This document shows, piece by piece, positions 1-8,175 of a stretch of DNA of 64,000 nucleotides (position 1 is its first letter; each line of letters begins with the position of its first letter). Location of the stretch: positions 67,926 to 131,925 of the forward strand of contig CAWGVS010000003.1 in the NCBI GenBank assembly GCA_963826115.1. The letters are read 5' to 3'. Made by a program: the position numbers and the translations under genes. The notes beneath the pieces were generated by a model, which was not told the DNA's origin, ran no database searches, and saw nothing but the letters and a program-made list of their open reading frames with translations. Source of the DNA: an uncultured Candidatus Rokubacteria bacterium. Its GTDB lineage: Bacteria; Methylomirabilota; Methylomirabilia; Rokubacteriales; DASRDR01.

Positions 1-209
1 CTCGGATGGCACGAGGCGCACGACCATCGGCGGTCCGCCGACAGCCCCGCGTCACTGAAGAGCTCCCGGCCGCGCGCCACGAGCTCGGCGGGCGCGGAGC
101 CGCTCGCCTGCGCGACGCGGAGCTCCTCGGCCCGGGACGGCGCGCGGACGAGAAGACCGGCGAGAAGGACCAATGGGCCGACGAGGAGCAGGGCCGTCCG
201 AACGCGCAT
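1..209 (-). CDS. cytochrome c peroxidase-family (CCP/MauG-like) haem protein, N-terminal fragment; gene continues beyond the window edge
   Basis: Own reading of the minus strand (absent from the ORF track because no stop lies in the window). ATG at 209 sits 6 nt after GGAGGGG. It is followed by MRVRTALLLVGPLVLLAGLLVRAPSRAEE (signal peptide) and ELFSDAGLSADRRWSCASCHP, a CxxCH haem-c motif in the context typical of di-haem peroxidases. The frame stays open upstream to ~577, so the start is not certain. Confidence 0.6.
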   Translation of the reverse strand, partial: MRVRTALLLVGPLVLLAGLLVRAPSRAEELRVAQASGSAPAELVARGRELFSDAGLSADRRWSCASCHP

Positions 210-577
210 CGTCCACCCCTCCTGGCTCGAAGTGGCGGCTATCCTAGCATGGGCGTCGGAGCGGCCCGGGACCGGAAGGCGGGGATCAGCACTGAGCCGG
301 ATGCCGCCCCCGATCGCCCACGCGGAGACGTTCGGGCCGCCCGGCGTGCCGAGCACCGCCCGCGTCTTGGCCCGGCTGCCGATCAGCGTGTCGAGCTGCG
401 TGAACACTCCCGGCGGCACGGTCTGCGTTTCGGCCAGCGCGCCGTGTGCGAGGATCGCGCGCCCCGTCCCGAGCCGGCCGACGTGCCGGCGCGTGAAAGC
501 GCCCTGCGCGCCGGGAGCGCGCCCAAGTCCAGCTTGGCGCGCTCGGACTTCCGACAGCGGCGGGTCGACTCCGGCGG

Positions 578-1009
578 TCAGCGCTTCGTCAGCTCGAACG
601 CGCTCCGACCGTTGACTCCCACCCACGTGCCCTCGCCCCTCAGGACCTTGCGGCCGTCGCCCTCGTGGTACGTCGCCACGCCGCGCGTAAACGATCCCTC
701 GAAGACGACCTTCCCGTCCTCGATGCGGCTATTGCCGACGCCCAGCTGGCCGTTGACGTTCGAAGTGAACGACCCGTCCGGCGCGACGACGACGCGCGCT
801 AACTGGGCCCGACGGCCCCCGAGCGGGCCGGTCCCCCCGACATCCTCGAGCGTCCCCTGCCACTCCCCGGCCAGGATCGCGAAGTCCCCGGCCTGGAGCG
901 CCTTCACCGGCGGCAAGGGGGCGGCCGGCGGCGTCCCCGCGCATCCACCGGTGAACCCGAGCACCGCCAGAACGCTCCCGGCAAGGGCCAGATACCTTCT
1001 CATCCTCAT
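578..1009 (-). CDS. lipoprotein of unknown function
   Basis: Internal ATG at 1009 of ORF 578..1153, with GGAGGGAGG 5 nt upstream. MRMRRYLALAGSVLAVLGFTGGC is a lipoprotein signal peptide with a lipobox Cys. No recognisable domain. Confidence 0.65.
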   Translation of the reverse strand: MRMRRYLALAGSVLAVLGFTGGCAGTPPAAPLPPVKALQAGDFAILAGEWQGTLEDVGGTGPLGGRRAQLARVVVAPDGSFTSNVNGQLGVGNSRIEDGKVVFEGSFTRGVATYHEGDGRKVLRGEGTWVGVNGRSAFELTKR

Positions 1010-1064
1010 CGCAGTTCCTCCCTCCACGTGAATGGGACGAAGCTCTCGTGATCGGCCGCGCCCC

Positions 1065-1511
1065 TCACGGCGCGGCCCCGACCGGAGCCGCGAGCGTGAG
1101 CTCGTTCCGGCAGCCGCCACACTGGACGACGCGCGGGAGCCGGAACCGGCCACCCGGGGCCAGGTCTAGCGCCGCGTGACACCGCGGACAGACCCCCCGG
1201 ACCCGCGCCAGGGTCCGCGCCTCGGCGAGCCGGAAGCCGGCCAGGACGACTCCGCCCACGACCAGGCCCGGCACGAGGACGAAGTGGACCACCGGGAGGA
1301 AGATCGCCGGGAACGCGAGGACCCAGGCGACCCCGAGGGCGAGCGCCGCCCGGCCCACTCGCGCGCCCAGGCTCCGGTGCTGCACGCTCACGACTGCCTC
1401 CGTCGGCGGCGCGCCGAAGGCCGAGAGCGTGGCGGGAGCCTCCACCACCGTGTCGCCGGCGGCACCCCGCGCGCGCGGCGCCTCACCGACCCGCCGCTCG
1501 GTCTCGTTCAT
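1065..1511 (-). CDS. small membrane protein with C-terminal CxxC...CxxC zinc-ribbon, unknown function
   Basis: Only the last 148 codons of ORF 1065..2651 look coding, starting at ATG 1511 (MNETERR). Two hydrophobic helices (ALALGVAWVLAFPAIFLPVVHFVLVPGLVVGGVVLAGF) are followed by CPRC...CGGC. Confidence 0.5.
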   Translation of the reverse strand: MNETERRVGEAPRARGAAGDTVVEAPATLSAFGAPPTEAVVSVQHRSLGARVGRAALALGVAWVLAFPAIFLPVVHFVLVPGLVVGGVVLAGFRLAEARTLARVRGVCPRCHAALDLAPGGRFRLPRVVQCGGCRNELTLAAPVGAAP

Positions 1512-1600
1512 CGCCTCGGTCTCGCTCCCAGTGTGCGCCCGCGCCGCGCGGATGCCAACGCGGAGGGCGCGGCCCCCCTGACGGCCGGGACGCGCGACCT

Positions 1601-2902
1601 CTACAGGAGCGGGAGCGGCCAGTTCAGGATCAGGCGCACATCGGGGAGGAGGCCCGGCGTCCCCTGGAGGTCGATGAGCGCCGCGCGGGCCTTGATCTGG
1701 AGCCCCTTCAGCCAGCCGCCGCCGAAGGTGTAGGTCACGTCGAAGTCGTACTCGCGCTGGTCGGCGACGCCGGCGCCGGTCGCCGCATTGATCGCGCCGG
1801 TGCCCTGGGCGTACCAGAAGAACGCGGTCAGGCCGGGCAGGCCGACGCCCTTGAAGTCGTAGGTGAGCTTGACGCCCCAGGCGGTCTCGCTGGCGCGGTC
1901 GAAATCCTTGTTGATCAGCGAGAGATAGCCGGGCCAGGTCCCGTACCGGGCGCGGATGTCCGCGCCGTCCCCGGTCTGGTGGAACATGAAGTCGACCGAC
2001 GCGTCCCAGAAGCTGAGCCGCGCGTGCCCGCCCACGTTCCAGGTGTCGAAGCCGCCGATGAGCTCGCTGCCGACGCTCCGCTGGTCGTGGTACTGGGCGC
2101 CGACCGTCAGCGCGACCCGGTCCGCGAGCGGCACCGTGTACTCCGCCTGCACGAAGGCGGTGTTGTACGTGTCGATCCCGTAGGCCGTGCTCGCGTCGAT
2201 GCTGAGGGGCTTCCACGGGACGACGCGCAGACCCGCGAGGACCAAGCCGGCGTCGGAATCGGTGGCCCCGGCGCGCTCGGCCATGCTGAGGAAGCTGTCC
2301 TCCTCGCGGGGCTTGATCCCGAACAGGTAGCCGGCGTGATAGTCGAGCCAGCCGACCTTGCCGTCCAGCATGACGGCCTCGAACGTGTTCGGGATCATGC
2401 GGTTGTCCTGCGGGTTCACGTACCCGACGTTGATCCCCTGGCGGTATCCGGTCAGCACGTGGTCGCCGTACCGGAGCTTCGCCCACGCCTCCCCGAGAAC
2501 GGCGATGGGGTCCTGGCCCGGCTTGAGGAGAAGCGTCCCGTCGCGGTCCTCGGGCGCGTAGACTGGCAGCGAGAAGTAGCCGGTGGCGCCGATCGCGAAC
2601 GTGTCCGCGAGCCAGCCCGACCGGTAGCCGAGCCAGCCGCCCGCGGCCCACGCCTCCTGGAAGACGTCGGGGCTGGCCTCGTTGTTCCGGTAGTAGCTGC
2701 GGATGTGGAGGAGGAGGCGCGTGTCCCGGAAGAACGGCGGCGCGTCTTTCAGCCCCGCCGCGAGCCCGGGGAGCGCCTGTCTGAGGAGCGGCTCGTCCTT
2801 GTCCGCGTCCGCCGCGCCCACCACGGGTGGCCGAGCGAGCGCGGCCACGATCCCGAGCGCGAGGACCGCGAGCCGGAGCCGTGCGCGAGCCGTCCGCATC
2901 AC
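1601..2902 (-). CDS. OprD-family outer-membrane porin
   Basis: 433-aa ORF with a signal peptide (MMRTARARLRLAVLALGIVAALA). It has the alternating beta-strand pattern and aromatic-rich C-terminal strands typical of OprD/OccD porins (FRDTRLLLHIRSYYRNNE, YDFDVTYTF, LILNW). Confidence 0.75.
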   Translation of the reverse strand: MMRTARARLRLAVLALGIVAALARPPVVGAADADKDEPLLRQALPGLAAGLKDAPPFFRDTRLLLHIRSYYRNNEASPDVFQEAWAAGGWLGYRSGWLADTFAIGATGYFSLPVYAPEDRDGTLLLKPGQDPIAVLGEAWAKLRYGDHVLTGYRQGINVGYVNPQDNRMIPNTFEAVMLDGKVGWLDYHAGYLFGIKPREEDSFLSMAERAGATDSDAGLVLAGLRVVPWKPLSIDASTAYGIDTYNTAFVQAEYTVPLADRVALTVGAQYHDQRSVGSELIGGFDTWNVGGHARLSFWDASVDFMFHQTGDGADIRARYGTWPGYLSLINKDFDRASETAWGVKLTYDFKGVGLPGLTAFFWYAQGTGAINAATGAGVADQREYDFDVTYTFGGGWLKGLQIKARAALIDLQGTPGLLPDVRLILNWPLPLL

Positions 2903-2924
2903 CGGATCTGCCCTGCCCCGCGCG

Positions 2925-3203
2925 TCAACGGTCCGATGGTCCGACCCGGTCGAACTGGCGCTGCTGCTCCATCAGCTGCTGCTCCTGCTGGTACCGCTGG
3001 TTGCGCTCGCGATTGGTGTCCTCGGTCGTGCCGACCGAAGGGTCCCCCGATCCGGGCCCGAACGGGATGGAGCACGCGCCGACGCCGATTCCCGTGAGGA
3101 GGAGCCCGCCGATCAGCCGAACGGCCCTGCGGCTCCGTGCACGGGCGCGGAGGCAGGCGTCGGCGCACGATCCACATCTCGAGACGTCTGCCGGCTGCGC
3201 CAC
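2925..3203 (-). CDS. small lipoprotein with Gln-rich C-terminus
   Basis: Last 92 codons of the otherwise spurious ORF 2925..4808. GTG at 3203 lies 6 nt after GGGAG. RAVRLIGGLLLTGIGVGAC is a signal peptide plus lipobox. C-terminal QRYQQEQQLMEQQRQ. It sits 22 nt upstream of the porin gene. Confidence 0.45.
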   Translation of the reverse strand: MAQPADVSRCGSCADACLRARARSRRAVRLIGGLLLTGIGVGACSIPFGPGSGDPSVGTTEDTNRERNQRYQQEQQLMEQQRQFDRVGPSDR

Positions 3204-3356
3204 GACTGGCTCCCTTCCGGTGCGGCGCGCTTCGCCGCCCGCGACGGCATGATGACACGGGAGCCCGCGTCGCGGGTAGCGGTTCGAGCGCCCTCCGCGT
3301 CGAAGCCTCTTGTGAGGGCGCGCACGCGGAGTGTACTTTCGGGTGGAGGCCTGGGG

Positions 3357-6300
3357 GTGGATCGAGTGCGGGACCCGACGTTCTGGCGTCGTCGGCGCGG
3401 GCTTCTCGCCGGGGGACTCGCCCTCCTCGCGGCGACCACGCTCGCACCGGCGCTCGCGACGGCGTCCGGGGACGTCGAGCGGGACCGCCGCGGTCCGCCC
3501 CGGAACATCCTCCTGCTTCATGCGTATCCGCGGCTCTCGCCGCCGGTGATCACCCTCGACGAGGCGTTCCGCGCGACGCTCGGAGCCGAGTCGCCGTTCC
3601 CCGTCTACTTCTACACCGAGTACCTCGACCTCACCCTGTTCGACGGCGATGCGCCGCCGGGCGAGCTGGCGACGCTGCTCCGCCGGAAGTACGCGTCGCG
3701 AGCCATCGATCTCATCGTGGCCGCCGGGAGCCGCGCGCTCCGTGTGGCGCTGCACAACCGCGCCGACCTGTTCTCGGGCGCGCCGGTCGTCTTCGTCGGC
3801 GTGGACCGGGCCATGGTCGCCGACCTCCGGCTGGGCGTGGACGTCACGGGCACCTGGCTCCGGCAGGACTGGCTCGACACGCTCGAGCTCGCGCAGCAGC
3901 TCCAGCCCGACATCCGGCGCGCGGTCGTCGTGGCCGGGTCGGCGCCCTCCGACCTGACCTGGGTGACAGCCGCGCAACAGCAGCTCGCCGCAGGCCGCAC
4001 CGACGTGGCGGTCTCCTACCTCACCGGCCGCACGCTCCAGGAGGTCGTGTCGCAGGTCGCCACCCTGCCCCGCGACACGGTGGTCCTGGCCGGAGCGTTC
4101 CTCCGCGACGCCACCGGCCAGGACTTCAACACGCGGGACGCGATCGCGCGCATCGCCGCCGGCGCCAGCGTGCCCGTCTACGTGGTCCAGGACCACGCGG
4201 TGGGCACCGGCAGCGTCGGCGGCAGCGTGGTGAGCTACGAGGCCCACGGGCGGAGGGCGGCCCAGCTCGCGCTCCGCGTCCTCTCCGGCGAGCGCCCGGA
4301 GCCGGAGGACGCCGACACCACCGTGCCGATGTTCGACACCCGCGCGCTCCAGCGGTGGGGGCTCGACGAGCACCGGCTCCCGTCCGACCGTATCCTCCTC
4401 TTCCAGGAGCCATCCGCGTGGGAGCGTCACCGGTGGGTCATCGTCGGCGCGGTGGTCCTGCTCCTGCTGCAGAGCGCGCTGATCGTCGCCCTCCTCGTCC
4501 ACCGGGCCCTGCGCCGACGCGTGCGGCACGCGCTCGCCGAGCGCCTGCGCTTCGAGACGCTCCTGTCCGACCTGTCGGCCATGTTCGCCACCGGGCCCGT
4601 GTCCGACGTCGACCGCCAGATCGAGACAGGGCTCCGGCGCCTCGTCGAGGACCTGGGCGTGGACCGCGCGACCGTGGGCGCGCTGGCGCCCGCCTCCGAC
4701 CAGGTCCGGGTGACGCACTCCTGGACGCGCGCGAGCGTGGCGCCGCTCCGGGAGATGATCCGGGGTCGCACCGCGCCCTGGATCGTGTCGCGGCTCCGCC
4801 AGGGCCACGTCGTCCGGTTCGCGCGGCTCGACGACCTGCCGGACGAAGCCGCGGTCGATCGCCAGAGCCTCGCGCAGTTCGGCACGGGGTCGGCGATCGT
4901 GGTGCCGCTCCTCGCGGGCGATTCAGCCGTCAGCAGCCTGGCCGTGGCCACCCTGCGCGAGGGGCGCCGTTGGCCCGACGAGCTCGTCCCGCGCCTCCGG
5001 CTGCTGGGGGCCGTGTTCGCGGGCGCGCTCGCGCGGCAACGGGCCGACCAGGCCGTGCGCGAGAGCGAGGAGCGCTTCCGCCGGATGGCGGACAGCGCGC
5101 CGGTGATGGTGTGGCTGTCGGGCCCCGACGGCCGCCGGACGTACGTGAACCAGCGATGGCTCGACTTCACCGGAGGACCGCTCGACCGCGAGCTCGGCGA
5201 GAGCTGGATGACGAGGGTCCACGCCGACGACCGGCCGGACCTCGCTCGGGTCCTGCGAACGGCGCTCTCGGAGGAGCGGGCGTTCACGGTGGAGTACCGA
5301 CTGCGCCGCCGCGACGGGGCGCACCGCTGGGTCCTGGACCACGGGGTGCCCCGGCACGGCGACGACGGCGCCCCGGTCGGCTTCGTGGGCTCGGCCGTCG
5401 ACGTCACGCAGCTCCGGGCTGCCCAGCAGGCGCTGCTGGAGACCGACCTCCTGCGGAGCGCGATCTTCGGCGCGCTCCACGGTCACGTGGCCGCCCTCGA
5501 CAAGCACGGTCGCATCATTGCCGTGAACCAGGCCTGGGGGCGGTTCGCCCTCGAGAACGGCGGCAACCCGGTCCGGGTGTCGATCGGGGTCAGCTATCTG
5601 GACGTGTGCCGGGACGCCGCCGCCCGCGGGGACCGCCACTCCGGCCAGATCCTGGACGCCCTCCGCATGGTGCTCGCCGGAGGCACGCCGCTCCAGGTGG
5701 AGTACGCGTGCCAGACGCCCGACGGTGAGCGGTGGTTCGAGATGACGGCGGAGCCGCTCCGTCGTCCGGAAGGCGGCGCGCTCGTCACGCACATCGACAT
5801 CACGCGCCGCCGCCAGGCGGAGGAGCAGTCGGAGCGGCAGCGCGAGGAGCTGGCCCACGTGCTCCGGACCACCACGCTGGGCGAGCTCGCCGCGTCGCTG
5901 GCCCACGAGATCAACCAGCCGCTCGCGGCCATCGTGGCCAACGCGCAGGCCACGCGTCGGCTCCTCGACACGGGCCGGGCGTCGCGGCCGGGGGTGGTCG
6001 ACGCGCTGACGGACATCGTGGACGACGCCAAGCGCGCCTCGCAGGTGATTCGCCGCCTCCGCGCGCTGTTCCGGAAGGAACAGGGCGCGCGGCAGGCGGT
6101 GGACGTCAACGAGCTCGTCCAGGACGTGGTGGGGCTGCTCCGCCACGACATGGAGCGCCAGCGCATCGTCGTGCAGTGCGCGCTCGACCGGGAGCTCCCC
6201 CGGGTCCCCGGCGACCCGGTCCAGCTCCAGCAAGTCCTCCTGAACCTCCTCGTCAACGCGCGCGAGGCGATGGCGACGACCGAGACGGGGCCGCGAGAGA

Positions 6301-6560
6301 TCGCGATCGAGACCGCCCGCTGGGAGTCCGTGGGCGTCACCGCCTCGATCCGGGACACGGGAATCGGCGCCAAGGAGGGGGACCTCGAGCGGATCTTCGA
6401 GCACTTCGTCACCAGCAAGCCGGACGGGCTCGGAATGGGCCTGGCGATCAGCCGCTCGATCGTCGAGGCGCACGGCGGCCGCGTCTGGGCGACCATCAAC
6501 GAGGAGCGGGGCCTCACCCTCCACCTCACGCTCCCGGGCGAGCCGGAGCCCGCGGCATGA
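3357..6560 (+). CDS. sensor histidine kinase: periplasmic ABC-substrate-binding-like sensor domain, TM, GAF, two PAS, HisKA, HATPase
   Basis: Part of ORF 2703..6560. The proposed start is GTG 3357, 7 nt after GGAGG (an ATG at 3249 is also possible). TM/signal RRRRGLLAGGLALLAATTLAPALA, then an ABC_sub_bind-like domain and a second TM (WVIVGAVVLLLLQSALIVALLV). PAS signatures are present. H-box ASLAHEINQPLAAI, N-box LLNLLVNAREAM, G-boxes DTGIG and GLGMGLAISRSIVEAHGG. Confidence 0.85.
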   Translation: MDRVRDPTFWRRRRGLLAGGLALLAATTLAPALATASGDVERDRRGPPRNILLLHAYPRLSPPVITLDEAFRATLGAESPFPVYFYTEYLDLTLFDGDAPPGELATLLRRKYASRAIDLIVAAGSRALRVALHNRADLFSGAPVVFVGVDRAMVADLRLGVDVTGTWLRQDWLDTLELAQQLQPDIRRAVVVAGSAPSDLTWVTAAQQQLAAGRTDVAVSYLTGRTLQEVVSQVATLPRDTVVLAGAFLRDATGQDFNTRDAIARIAAGASVPVYVVQDHAVGTGSVGGSVVSYEAHGRRAAQLALRVLSGERPEPEDADTTVPMFDTRALQRWGLDEHRLPSDRILLFQEPSAWERHRWVIVGAVVLLLLQSALIVALLVHRALRRRVRHALAERLRFETLLSDLSAMFATGPVSDVDRQIETGLRRLVEDLGVDRATVGALAPASDQVRVTHSWTRASVAPLREMIRGRTAPWIVSRLRQGHVVRFARLDDLPDEAAVDRQSLAQFGTGSAIVVPLLAGDSAVSSLAVATLREGRRWPDELVPRLRLLGAVFAGALARQRADQAVRESEERFRRMADSAPVMVWLSGPDGRRTYVNQRWLDFTGGPLDRELGESWMTRVHADDRPDLARVLRTALSEERAFTVEYRLRRRDGAHRWVLDHGVPRHGDDGAPVGFVGSAVDVTQLRAAQQALLETDLLRSAIFGALHGHVAALDKHGRIIAVNQAWGRFALENGGNPVRVSIGVSYLDVCRDAAARGDRHSGQILDALRMVLAGGTPLQVEYACQTPDGERWFEMTAEPLRRPEGGALVTHIDITRRRQAEEQSERQREELAHVLRTTTLGELAASLAHEINQPLAAIVANAQATRRLLDTGRASRPGVVDALTDIVDDAKRASQVIRRLRALFRKEQGARQAVDVNELVQDVVGLLRHDMERQRIVVQCALDRELPRVPGDPVQLQQVLLNLLVNAREAMATTETGPREIAIETARWESVGVTASIRDTGIGAKEGDLERIFEHFVTSKPDGLGMGLAISRSIVEAHGGRVWATINEERGLTLHLTLPGEPEPAA

Positions 6561-7210
6561 CGACCGACGGCGTGGTCTACGTGGTCGACGACGACGCGTC
6601 GGTGCGCCGCGCGCTGGCGCGCCTGATCGCGGCGGCCGGCTTCGAGGTCGAGACGTTCCCGTCGGCGCGGGCGTTCCTGCACCACCCGCGCGGGGACCGC
6701 CCGGCGTGCCTCGTCCTCGACGTCCGCCTGCCGGGCGAGGACGGGCTCGAGCTCCAAGCCGCGCTGGGCGACGGCCAGCGGTTCCTCCCCGTCATCTTCG
6801 TCACGGGTCACGGCACGGTGCCGCTGGGCGTCCGCGCGATGAAGGAAGGCGCCGTCGACTTCCTCCAGAAGCCGGTCGACGAGGCGGAGCTGATGGGAGG
6901 CATCCAGAGGGCGCTCGAGGGCAGCCGCCGGGCGCGGGCCGACCTGGTCGAGAAGGTGGACCTCGAGAGCCGGCTGGACGCTCTGACCGTCCGCGAGCGC
7001 GAGGTGCTTGACCTGGTGGCCATCGGGCTCCTCAACAGGCAGATCGGCGACCGCCTGGGGATGGCCGAGAAGACGGTCAAGGTTCACCGGGGGCGCGTCA
7101 TGCAGAAGATGGCGGCCGCATCGGTGGCCGAGCTGGTCCGGATGCTGCACAAGCTCGGCCGCGAGGCGGCCCCTCCGGAGGACCTCGGGCGTAGGACCAA
7201 AGGCCTATAG
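6557..7210 (+). CDS. FixJ/NarL-type response regulator (receiver + LuxR-type HTH)
   Basis: ATG 6557 overlaps the kinase stop (ATGA). VYVVDDDASVRRAL...LVLDVRLPG is the receiver domain. LTVREREVLDLVAIGLLNRQIGDRLGMAEKTVKVHR is the LuxR HTH. Confidence 0.9.
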   Translation: MTTDGVVYVVDDDASVRRALARLIAAAGFEVETFPSARAFLHHPRGDRPACLVLDVRLPGEDGLELQAALGDGQRFLPVIFVTGHGTVPLGVRAMKEGAVDFLQKPVDEAELMGGIQRALEGSRRARADLVEKVDLESRLDALTVREREVLDLVAIGLLNRQIGDRLGMAEKTVKVHRGRVMQKMAAASVAELVRMLHKLGREAAPPEDLGRRTKGL

Positions 7211-7235
7211 CGGAGGACGGTCGGAGGCGCGCAGA

Positions 7236-7649
7236 GTGAGCGACGTGATGGTGAGCGGGGACGCGACCCTCCGCCCCCTCCTGCGGGCGCCGATGGTCTG
7301 CGTGGTCGACGACGACGCCTCCCTCCTGCGCGCGCTCCGGCGCCTCCTGAGCGCCACGGGCTTCCGTGTGGAGACCTTCGGCTCGGCAGAGGCGTTCCTG
7401 GAATCGGACCACCGTGGCCGGGCGGACTGTCTCGTCCTGGACGTCCACCTCCGCGGCCAGAGCGGCCTCGATCTGCAGGAGCGCCTCGCCGCCGCCGGCG
7501 TCCGCACGCCGGTCGTCATCATCACCGCTCACGACGACCCGCCGACGCGCCAGCGCGCCCGGCGGCTCGGCGCGGTCGAGTACCTTCGCAAGCCGTTCGA
7601 CGACGACTTTCTGATCGACGCCATCCACAAGGCGATCGGCCATTCCTGA
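7236..7649 (+). CDS. single-domain (CheY-like) response regulator
   Basis: GTG 7236 lies 8 nt after GGAGG (ATG 7248 is an alternative). VCVVDDDASLLRAL...LVLDVHLRGQSG...VVIITAHDD...YLRKP, with no output domain. Confidence 0.8.
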   Translation: MSDVMVSGDATLRPLLRAPMVCVVDDDASLLRALRRLLSATGFRVETFGSAEAFLESDHRGRADCLVLDVHLRGQSGLDLQERLAAAGVRTPVVIITAHDDPPTRQRARRLGAVEYLRKPFDDDFLIDAIHKAIGHS

Positions 7650-7656
7650 GGCGCGC

Positions 7657-8079
7657 GTGGCGACGCGGATTCCGGGCGCTCGCCGGCGCGCTCGCGGCGG
7701 CCGGCGATGGGCGGCGGTCGCGGCCCTCCTCCTCGCCGGGTGCAGCTTCGTGTCGACGCGCGCCCAGCCGTACATCGGCGGCCCGGCGTACCCGCCGAGC
7801 GATCCGGCGAAGGTCGTCATCCTCCGCGGCGAGCCGGGGCGTCCGCACGAGCGTCTGGGGGAGGTGTTCGCCGAGCCCTCGGGCGACCCGACGGTCCAGC
7901 AGTACGAGCAGGCCCTCCGCGAGGGAGGCGCCAAGATGGGCGCCGACGCCGTCGTGGTGGTCTACGACCGCATGCAGGTCGTCGGGACGATGGTGACCGG
8001 GCCGTGGTGGGCCCCGGCGGCGTCGCCCATCGTCGGCCGCGTCGTGGTCGGTCTCGCGATCCGCTACGCGGGCCCCTGA
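7657..8079 (+). CDS. lipoprotein, unknown function (DUF4156-like by feel)
   Basis: 140-aa ORF with a GTG start. AAVAALLLAGC is a lipobox. The motif GAKMGADAVVVV is reminiscent of small YgdI/DUF4156-type lipoproteins. Confidence 0.55.
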   Translation: MATRIPGARRRARGGRRWAAVAALLLAGCSFVSTRAQPYIGGPAYPPSDPAKVVILRGEPGRPHERLGEVFAEPSGDPTVQQYEQALREGGAKMGADAVVVVYDRMQVVGTMVTGPWWAPAASPIVGRVVVGLAIRYAGP

Positions 8080-8175
8080 GCTCCGGGCGTCGGCGCGCTC
8101 GCAGGGGGGGCCCCTGTCGTCGTGAGATGATCGGAGCGGCCCAGCGCGATCCGCCACTTCCCCGGGCCCGATGCG

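Noticed and set aside
6-1031. 341-aa plus-strand ORF at the window start
   Set aside because: It is antisense to the peroxidase fragment and the lipoprotein gene, and it has junk-like composition.
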